A stretch of 60,432 nt of DNA, from the NCBI GenBank assembly GCA_944332225.1, contig CALVJO010000005.1:1-60432 (forward strand), written 5' to 3'. The notes under the pieces were generated by a model. That model was not told the DNA's origin. It worked only from the letters and a program-made list of their open reading frames with translations, and searched no databases. This DNA is from an uncultured Bacilli bacterium. GTDB taxonomy: Bacteria > Bacillota_I > Bacilli_A > RFN20 > CAG-449. The first letter of the stretch is position 1; every line of letters begins with the position of its first letter. The position numbers were made by a program, and so were the translations under genes. Shown one piece after another: positions 39,306 through 47,353 of this stretch.

Positions 39306-40703
39306 TTAATCGTTATCCCCAAGAGCTTCTAATCCAGTTTTAAAAGTAGTCTTAACATTTTTAACGTTTTTAATAAACAAGAAGATGATCAATGATATAA
39401 CTAAGCAAACTAAAGCGTAGTAAGGTAAGACTCCAAAGTCAAAATTAGGAATAAGTAATATTGAACCTAATAAGATAGGTGTAACCGTTTGAGCCGCCAT
39501 ACTAGAAGCATAATAGTATCCGGTGAATTTACCAATTTTCTTTGAGCTGCAAAGCTCGACTACCATCGGATAAGAATTGACGTGAACTAAACTCATACCA
39601 AATCCTTTTAAGAACCAAATGATATATAAATAAACAGGAAATACTCCAGAATTATAAGCAAATTCAGGCAAGGTGAAGTTAAGGATCGCCCATAATCCAT
39701 AGGCCATGAAAGTTAATCCTAAGCCGGAGACCACGGTCCATTTTCTAGTCAATTTAGAGGCGATTAAGCCACCTATTGCAAATCCGATTACTGAACCAAC
39801 TCCTCCCATGATGGTATTTATCATAGTTGAAGATGATGATGCGTTAAGATGATAAACAGTATAATTAGTCATAAATGTTGCGATTCCGTTATCGGCCATA
39901 AACCAGAAGAATTCCGCGACTAAAATAAGAATTAACATTATTTTATTGTTTTTAGATAAAGGTTTATCATCATCAGCTTTCTCTTCTAATTCTGAAAGCT
40001 TTTCACCTAGTTCCATCTCTTCTTTTACTTCTTCAGCAATCTTATTTTCTTTGATGGTAAAGAATAAAACTAAGCAGGAGATAACCATCAATACCGAGGC
40101 TAGTAAGAATGGAACCTCAATAACCCAAATATTATTAAAAGCCCAAGAGCCTTCTTTAGATAGATAGTCAGTTAATACGAAGAATACTCCAACGATGGTA
40201 GCAAAGAAACCTCCGATGTAACCCATGATGTTAATGATTCCATTAGCCTTACTTCTTAAAGGTTTAGGAGTCATATCTGGCATCAAGCTAACTGCAGGAT
40301 TACGATACATCATCATAAATATGACTACGAGGGCCATAAATATTATCATTCCAACTATGTTGTTATAATGGAAAAACACCGGGATAAATGGAAATAAAAC
40401 TGCGGTTACAAAGGTACCAACTAAGATGTATGGCATTCTTTTACCGATAGGAGTTTTAGTCTTATCCGATAAAGAACCAAATATAGGTAATAATATTAAC
40501 GCGGCTAGATTATCAAGAGCCATGATGATTCCAACTAAATATTGAACTTCTTTAGGATCCTCAATTGAAAAAGCTCTTGCGAATTGTTCGCTTAGAAAGG
40601 TAGGACACCAAGAATCGTAAACCTGCCATAATAGTAAGATGCCAAAGAACGCAAATCCGATTATGAATGTTCTCTTTAAATTAAGTTTCAAGGTGTTCTC
40701 CAT
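39306..40703 (-). CDS. MFS transporter (MalT/SLC45-like sugar carrier)
   Basis: About 12 TM; GSLSDKTKT.IGKRMPY, SLMPD.TP, GKFTGYYY motifs. Confidence 0.88.
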   Translation of the reverse strand: MENTLKLNLKRTFIIGFAFFGILLLWQVYDSWCPTFLSEQFARAFSIEDPKEVQYLVGIIMALDNLAALILLPIFGSLSDKTKTPIGKRMPYILVGTFVTAVLFPFIPVFFHYNNIVGMIIFMALVVIFMMMYRNPAVSLMPDMTPKPLRSKANGIINIMGYIGGFFATIVGVFFVLTDYLSKEGSWAFNNIWVIEVPFLLASVLMVISCLVLFFTIKENKIAEEVKEEMELGEKLSELEEKADDDKPLSKNNKIMLILILVAEFFWFMADNGIATFMTNYTVYHLNASSSSTMINTIMGGVGSVIGFAIGGLIASKLTRKWTVVSGLGLTFMAYGLWAILNFTLPEFAYNSGVFPVYLYIIWFLKGFGMSLVHVNSYPMVVELCSSKKIGKFTGYYYASSMAAQTVTPILLGSILLIPNFDFGVLPYYALVCLVISLIIFLFIKNVKNVKTTFKTGLEALGDND

Positions 40704-40712
40704 ATTTTCCTC

Positions 40713-41351
40713 CTAGAGTAATTGATTTATTTTAGTTAAAAGTTCATCTAAAGAGTTAATGAAAGGAACATCATCTTTAATAACTCCAAAGCCGTATCTA
40801 GCATGGATGAACTCAACTTTAGCCTTTTGACATTCTAAATAATCTTTTAAAGTATCTCCGATATAGATTACTTTATCTAAATTATATTTTTCTTTAATTA
40901 ATAAGATATTTTCGTTTTTATCTTTTTTAGTATCTCCCGCGCAGAGGTGATCCTTAAATAAGTGATGTAACTTATAATTATCTAAATAGTTTTCAATATA
41001 TCCTTTGTCTGAATTAGACACGATAAATAAAAGGAATTGTTCTTTTAATTTAGTTAATACATTTATCTCATTTGGATATAGTCTTCCCGGGTGATTCTTT
41101 AAATAACCGATTTCATCTTTAAAACAAAGATTAAAATATTGTTGACCGATTGATGAATCAACATCAGGGAAAGCTAATTTTACGGTTTCTTCAGGGGTTA
41201 AACCCATATATGATCTAATTTGATCGTTATTAAAACGATACGGTAGACCAATGTTATTCATAGTGAGATTATAGCTATCTCGTATTTGCCCGATGGCGTC
41301 CCATAACGTGCCATCTAAATCAAAGATAATACCAACCTTATCCTGTTTCAT
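40713..41351 (-). CDS. HAD-superfamily hydrolase (phosphoglycolate phosphatase-like)
   Basis: FDLDGTLWD motif I, IVSN motif II, K, YIGDT..D motif IV, ARYGFG. Confidence 0.92.
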   Translation of the reverse strand: MKQDKVGIIFDLDGTLWDAIGQIRDSYNLTMNNIGLPYRFNNDQIRSYMGLTPEETVKLAFPDVDSSIGQQYFNLCFKDEIGYLKNHPGRLYPNEINVLTKLKEQFLLFIVSNSDKGYIENYLDNYKLHHLFKDHLCAGDTKKDKNENILLIKEKYNLDKVIYIGDTLKDYLECQKAKVEFIHARYGFGVIKDDVPFINSLDELLTKINQLL

Positions 41352-41530
41352 ACTGAAAAGATTATAACAAAATAAAAGTTAATTAAAAGCGCGAGATTAT
41401 GTTATCTAAAAAAATAAAGCTTAATTTTGACTCAAAAATATAGATAATCAGCAATGTGACTATTAACAAGCATTGTTAAGACATATGTTTTAATATATTT
41501 TAATAATATATTTTACTTTAAGGAGGACGC

Positions 41531-42154
41531 ATGGGACCTGATAAGAAAGCAATACATCCAAATCCAAACATTCCTAGTCTTTGTTTTATTAAAAATATAA
41601 TCAAGAACCCTAATATAATTGTTGGCGATTATACTTATTACGATGATTATGAAACTAATGGTGAGGATTTTGAAAAGCATGTAACTCATTTTTATCCGTT
41701 TATCGGCGATAAATTAATTATCGGTAAGTTTGTTTCTATAGCTAAAGGGATAAAATTCATAATGAATGGGGCTAATCATAGAATGAATGGAATCACTACC
41801 TATCCATTTAATATCTTAGGAAGTGGCTGGGAAAAGGTGACTCCAAAATTAGAAGATCTCCCTTTAAAGGGTGATACGGTGATTGGAAATGATGTGTGGA
41901 TTGGGGAAAATGTTACCATTTTACCAGGAGTCCATATCGGGGACGGTTCAATAATTGGCGCTAATTCAGTAGTTGGAAAGAATATTGAACCATATTCTAT
42001 CTGCGTAGGTAATCCTGTTCGGGTTATTAAAAAACGATTTGATGAAGAGACAATTAATAAACTTCTCTCTCTTCAATGGTGGAACTGGGATGAAGATAGA
42101 ATCTTTAATAATTTAGAATCTTTAGTAAATGGTGATTTAAACAACATTAAGTAA
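41531..42154 (+). CDS. vat: Vat/CatB-family (xenobiotic) O-acetyltransferase, streptogramin A acetyltransferase-like
   Basis: MGPD N-terminus, VGDYTYYDD, MNGANH, TTYPF, KGDTVIGNDVWIG hexapeptide repeats, LL.LQWWNW; AGGAGG SD. Confidence 0.75.
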   Translation: MGPDKKAIHPNPNIPSLCFIKNIIKNPNIIVGDYTYYDDYETNGEDFEKHVTHFYPFIGDKLIIGKFVSIAKGIKFIMNGANHRMNGITTYPFNILGSGWEKVTPKLEDLPLKGDTVIGNDVWIGENVTILPGVHIGDGSIIGANSVVGKNIEPYSICVGNPVRVIKKRFDEETINKLLSLQWWNWDEDRIFNNLESLVNGDLNNIK

Positions 42155-42541
42155 TTAAAGAATGTGGTATTTATGGTTAAAGAATTGCTTTTGTCAATGT
42201 CACTTATAACATCAGTTGGTGACGGCAAGATGGATGGACATTTAACGAAGGAGAGAGGATTTCTTGTTTCTTATGATTTCTAAAAAATTATTTTTTTGCC
42301 TCCGGTGTTTTGATGATTTCAGGTTCTATAATTCTAGAAGGAGGAGTTATAGGTAAGCCATATTATCCCGATGCATTTTGTCTTGCTGATGCGTTAATAA
42401 TTTTTGGTTTTGTTTTTCTTATTTTTGGATTAATCATAGATAATAATTTACGTCATTTATAGAGCTCTAAAATATTGGCTCTTTTATTTTGTTTTTCTAA
42501 GTGATTACAAGTTCATAATTATTTTTGTTTTAACTTATAGA

Positions 42542-42670
42542 TGGTATAATTAAATTAGATTTTTGATTTAAAGAGCTTGCTAAAATAGTAAGTAACATAA
42601 TTCAATCCTATTTATAAGATGGGAGGGATAGTACCTATAGGATTGAAGAAAACTGAAGGTACTAAAAAAT
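42542..42670 (+). promoter_or_regulatory. extended -10 promoter and structured 5' leader (hairpin plus H-type pseudoknot candidate)
   Basis: TGGTATAAT at 42542; hairpin 42575-42593; 42601-42611 pairs with 42637-42647 and 42629-42636 pairs with 42657-42664. Confidence 0.45.
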
Positions 42671-43330
42671 ATGGACAGACTTTTAAAAATTAATGGATAT
42701 GGAAAAATTAATGTTAAAGCAGATCAAATGAATCTAATTTTTACTATGAAGGGAGTTGATGATGCTTATCAAAATGTTTTGCTTAAATCAACTATAATGC
42801 ATGAAACATTACTTCAAAATTTAAAAAAATTAGGCATTGAGGAAAGCAATATCATCACTGAAAGTTTCGATATCTCCCAAAACATGATTAATGTGTTGAT
42901 CGATGGCAAAAATAAAACTGTGCAAGATGGATATAAATTTTATGAAAGGATCAAGGTAAGCTTTCCTTTCGATAACTATAAATTAAATGAGATTCTTCAA
43001 ATGTTAAATGATTCTAGATTTTATACTGATTTTTCAATAGGCTACTCTTTACAAAATCCAGATAAATATCATTCTCTTGCCTTAGAAAAAGCAATTGAAA
43101 ATGTTAAAAACGTAGCCTCTACCATATCAAAAAAATTTGGGATGGAATTAGATAATATAGCTTCAATAAAATATGGAATTCACGATTATAACACAGATTT
43201 AATAGTTCCAGCAGGAGTTAGATTAATGTCTAGCAATAAAGCTAGTTCAAAAGAAATTGGAAAAGTAAATCTAGTTTCTAAGGATATTGTTATCGATGAA
43301 TATATAGAGGTTGAATATTTTATTAAATAA
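42671..43330 (+). CDS. SIMPL domain (DUF541) protein
   Basis: LKINGYGKINVKAD, LKKLGIEE.NI.T..F.I, ALEKAIEN.K..A...G.EL..I.SI, C-terminal I.VEY.IK. Confidence 0.8.
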   Translation: MDRLLKINGYGKINVKADQMNLIFTMKGVDDAYQNVLLKSTIMHETLLQNLKKLGIEESNIITESFDISQNMINVLIDGKNKTVQDGYKFYERIKVSFPFDNYKLNEILQMLNDSRFYTDFSIGYSLQNPDKYHSLALEKAIENVKNVASTISKKFGMELDNIASIKYGIHDYNTDLIVPAGVRLMSSNKASSKEIGKVNLVSKDIVIDEYIEVEYFIK

Positions 43331-43467
43331 TTAAGAAATAGCTTAAAATATAGATTATTAGCAAATTTAAATGTTTTGTCGATAAAATTAAAACTAAGAT
43401 AAAATTCTTTTAATATATTAATATTTTTGATACTTTTATTTAAATATTTTGAAAGGGGATACACATA

Positions 43468-44868
43468 GTGAAAAAAACTTTATTAATTATAACCGCACTT
43501 ACTGTAGCTTTCTTAGCTAGCTGCGATGGATTACCTAGCATCCAAACCTCCTCACCTTCTTCTGATGAAACTAGTCAAACTTCGTCAGTTATCACCTCAT
43601 ATTTAAGATTTAAAGATGATAACGTTGATTCTATTGAATTAGATCAAAGCGTTAAATTAACTGTTGAATATGATGTAAATGCGATGGTTAATTTAGTCTT
43701 TAGCTCATCTCAAACATTAATTTGTTCAGTTGATGATGAAGGAACTATTAAAGGTATTGGAATCGGCGAGGCCACTATTACCGTTAAAGATACTTATTCA
43801 AATTTAGAAGACAGCATAAATATCGAAGTGATTGCTCCATTACCTGAATTTACTTCTTCAGATCAAATTGTATCTTTTATTCGTGAAACATCTGTCTTGA
43901 AAGAATCATCCATCGGAGAGATTAGCCATGTAGAGACATCTAAAAATGATTATTATGATGGCACGGAAACTATAACTATTAAAAATTATGATGGAGATGC
44001 CTTGATTAGAGAAAATGAAGAAACCTATACATCATGGGGGAATGAGAACACATCTTCTTCAACTGACGCTAGAATTATTCAAGATGATAAATATTATGAT
44101 CTAACCTTAGATAATACAGGAGGTTATTCTTACGCGTCAGTATATTCAATAGTTGATTTCCCTGATGGAAGCTCCTCCCAGATTGAATTAACCGAAGCCA
44201 AAGAAAGAGTATCTTCATTCAATGTTTTCGGAGATATAGCTAATGATATAGCTTCATTAAATAAAACTAAGGAAACTATCGAGATAACTAAAGAGACCAA
44301 TCAGCTTGTAAAAGTCAATGGCGAATATCTCAATCAATGGCTAGGCGATCCGACTAAATCTGATTATGAGACGTTTAACTATTCTCTAGAATTTAAAAAT
44401 GATGGAACGATTCTATCGTTTACTCTTGAAAGTTATACTTATTCCGATGATTCTTATGATTTAATCAATAATTGCTTAAAAGAGGACGCGACTATAACAT
44501 CTCAAACATCAATTAAAGTTGAGGTAACTAATGAAACATTATTACCTATGGAAGAGATGAATATCGTTCCTACTGATTATTTTGTAAGTGAGATTATTGA
44601 AGCTAACTATAATACAAACAATCAAATTTCTATTGGTTCAACTTTATCAACTTATAACTTTAATATCACAAAATACTCCCCATCAACTGCCTTAGATTCT
44701 GAAGATTTCAGCATCATAAATGTTGAAAATGAACCAGGTGGACAACAGATTGTTGAAGATCCAATTTGGGGATATGAAGCTCAAAGTGAAGGAATTGCTA
44801 AAGTAACAATCGCTATGGATAATAATCCATCAGTAACCTACACAATAGAAATTACAGTTGTTAGATAA
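43468..44868 (+). CDS. lipoprotein with Ig-like (Big_2) domain
   Basis: GTG start with AAGGGG SD; lipobox LASC, Ser/Thr linker, FSSS...SVDDEGTIKGIGIGEATITV. Confidence 0.75.
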   Translation: MKKTLLIITALTVAFLASCDGLPSIQTSSPSSDETSQTSSVITSYLRFKDDNVDSIELDQSVKLTVEYDVNAMVNLVFSSSQTLICSVDDEGTIKGIGIGEATITVKDTYSNLEDSINIEVIAPLPEFTSSDQIVSFIRETSVLKESSIGEISHVETSKNDYYDGTETITIKNYDGDALIRENEETYTSWGNENTSSSTDARIIQDDKYYDLTLDNTGGYSYASVYSIVDFPDGSSSQIELTEAKERVSSFNVFGDIANDIASLNKTKETIEITKETNQLVKVNGEYLNQWLGDPTKSDYETFNYSLEFKNDGTILSFTLESYTYSDDSYDLINNCLKEDATITSQTSIKVEVTNETLLPMEEMNIVPTDYFVSEIIEANYNTNNQISIGSTLSTYNFNITKYSPSTALDSEDFSIINVENEPGGQQIVEDPIWGYEAQSEGIAKVTIAMDNNPSVTYTIEITVVR

Positions 44869-44881
44869 AAAGGAGAAACGA

Positions 44882-47272
44882 ATGAAAAAACATTATTTAT
44901 TATTAGCCCTCGCGGGAATCGTGTTAGTTTCCTGCCAAGGAGGAGGATCTAGCTCTCCAACTAGTTCTTCACCAAGTGAAGTAACCACCTCAAGTGAAGA
45001 TAATAAATTACAAGCCGTCTTAGAAGGATTAAAGCAAAACAATTTTACTACTAGCTATTCTTTAGGTAATCAAGCTAATACTTACATAACCTATCGTAGC
45101 AATGATTATTTCTTCGATACTTATAATCAAGTTGGATATATAGTTTTAGAAGATGATACGGTCTATAAATTTGCTTTATATGACAATGTTTGCATGCCTT
45201 CAGCCCCTAGAATGGGATTAAGAGATGAGATATTCTCTCCTAACTTTGAACCGATTGATGTTGATTTAGAATCCTGCGAGATGATTGATGATAATATTTA
45301 TCAATCAACTGATATTAAGGTAGTTCAAAGCTTTGCTCATGCTGCAAACATGACTATCTATGATTCAGATAATCAAGTGTATTTAGATACAGTTAATTTC
45401 TATCTTGATAACAATGATAACTTAAAATTCGCTGTTTATACGATCAATGATGTTATCTCTTTACAAGGAACTATCTATGCTATCAACAAGACTTCTTTAG
45501 AAGCCGCGGATCAATTCTTAGAAGAGGGAATATCTCCTGAAAATATAAAAACTGATGATGCATCATTAAAAGATATTTTTGGTGAAGGAGATTTCACTTT
45601 TAGATCTCAAGTTCGAGATTATGTTAACGGATATCAATATCAGCTCGTTCTTGGTAAAGATTACTATTATTATCCATCTAATGGAGAAGGCTCAATGGTT
45701 TTAAGCGATGGATATTCTCATCCATTTACTTTAACTTCTGAAGGAGATTTGACGGTTGATTATGAATATGATGCCTCTGAAGAGTATTATCGAGATTTAT
45801 TCTCTCTTAGAAGAGTCGATTATTCTAAATTCTATAAAGTAGATGATTCAACATTCTTAACTAGAGATTATTTTAATGTTAGCTCCTTAGCTTTCTACTT
45901 AGGACTTACCTCAACGGATGCGACAACTGGAGAAACTGTACCATTAACTAACGCGGATGGATTAAAAATTGTTATCAATCAAGATAATTCTTTAAGTTTG
46001 ACTTTCTATGATGATTCTTCAACTGCCGCGGAGGCTACATTAACTGACATTAATTCAGTCGCGATTGAACAAATTGATAATTATTTAAAATCTAATCTTC
46101 TTCCTAGCTTAGAAGTTCATGAAAATGCGAAGGCTTTAGATGATGCTATTCAAGCCCTAGATGCTTATGCTATTGAAGTTTTAGATTCCTCAAGCTTCGT
46201 GGAGAAAATTGAAATCGACCAAAATGGTAGATATGAAACTTGGAGTTATCCATTATCTAGAGATTTAAATTATGTTAAAAAAGGTAATAATTATTATCCT
46301 TTCTTAGTTAATGGATCTAGCTATGAAATAGATGTCACTCAGCCATTAAGCGAAGAAGAGTATCATTCTTTACTTGATTTAAAATCAATCGATTATTCTA
46401 CATTCTATTATTTAGGTGAGACGGATGGACGATATAGAACTGATATTCAACAACATTTAGATGTTTTATCTAACGTTTTCACTGTTAGTTCATACTCTCA
46501 AATAACTGCAGCATACATAACCTTAAATGATGATGGTTCAATCACTTTCTCTTTACAAGATGATTCATTATTAGGCGGAGGAGAATTACTTGAATACACC
46601 TTAACATCAATGGAAAGTTCATCAACCTTAACAAATGTAGTTAATAGCTTTGACGATAGCTTACTTGATTTAGGTGATCATACTCCTTTAGTTAACTTCT
46701 TTAATAAACTTAATGAAGAACAAAACTTTAGAGTTCGCTTTTTAAGCGGAGAAGGCGATAGCTATACAGAAGAAGATGATGATTTCTACACGAAAGAAAC
46801 ATATTATTCAGGATATTTTAAAGACGGTCTCTATCTCACCCCAAGCGGATATATTTATGAATTTAGAGAATCATATGTTGATTCTGAAACAGGGGATACG
46901 ATTCCTTTCCAAATTGGTTCTCATCCATTGAACGCAACATCAATTTATGAAAGCACCAACCTACCATTATTTACTGAAGAGGTCTTAAATACCTTCAAGT
47001 TAACTTCTCAAGGATTCGAAACTCAAAATAGTTACTATATCGATCTCATCTGCGGCTTCCTTTACATGGATTCTACCTATATTGATAAGATGATATTCTC
47101 TATAGTTGATGATGAACTACACATTAGATTTGAAACTAGAGAGTATACTCAAGATGAATCTGGTTTATTAATTAACGCATATGAATATACCTTATTTGCA
47201 GAGGTTAATATTATTGATGTAGGCTCAACTGTTATTCCTGAAGATGCAGTTTTACCAGAGAAATTAAAATAA
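44882..47272 (+). CDS. large acidic lipoprotein built of about four tandem modules of ~190 aa
   Basis: Lipobox LVSC plus Ser-rich linker; start ATG 44882 with AAGGAG SD; recurring NFT...YY....G.....G..Y.F pattern. Confidence 0.75.
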   Translation: MKKHYLLLALAGIVLVSCQGGGSSSPTSSSPSEVTTSSEDNKLQAVLEGLKQNNFTTSYSLGNQANTYITYRSNDYFFDTYNQVGYIVLEDDTVYKFALYDNVCMPSAPRMGLRDEIFSPNFEPIDVDLESCEMIDDNIYQSTDIKVVQSFAHAANMTIYDSDNQVYLDTVNFYLDNNDNLKFAVYTINDVISLQGTIYAINKTSLEAADQFLEEGISPENIKTDDASLKDIFGEGDFTFRSQVRDYVNGYQYQLVLGKDYYYYPSNGEGSMVLSDGYSHPFTLTSEGDLTVDYEYDASEEYYRDLFSLRRVDYSKFYKVDDSTFLTRDYFNVSSLAFYLGLTSTDATTGETVPLTNADGLKIVINQDNSLSLTFYDDSSTAAEATLTDINSVAIEQIDNYLKSNLLPSLEVHENAKALDDAIQALDAYAIEVLDSSSFVEKIEIDQNGRYETWSYPLSRDLNYVKKGNNYYPFLVNGSSYEIDVTQPLSEEEYHSLLDLKSIDYSTFYYLGETDGRYRTDIQQHLDVLSNVFTVSSYSQITAAYITLNDDGSITFSLQDDSLLGGGELLEYTLTSMESSSTLTNVVNSFDDSLLDLGDHTPLVNFFNKLNEEQNFRVRFLSGEGDSYTEEDDDFYTKETYYSGYFKDGLYLTPSGYIYEFRESYVDSETGDTIPFQIGSHPLNATSIYESTNLPLFTEEVLNTFKLTSQGFETQNSYYIDLICGFLYMDSTYIDKMIFSIVDDELHIRFETREYTQDESGLLINAYEYTLFAEVNIIDVGSTVIPEDAVLPEKLK

Positions 47273-47291
47273 GATATTAATATAATCAAAG

Positions 47292-47330
47292 CCAAAATAA
47301 AAAACCCGATTTGCTCGGGTTTTTATTTGG
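47292..47330. terminator. bidirectional intrinsic terminator
   Basis: ATAAAAAACCCGA-TTTGC-TCGGGTTTTTAT hairpin between convergent lipoprotein genes. Confidence 0.85.
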
Positions 47331-47353
47331 AAACTTTTAATGATTATTAAGCA

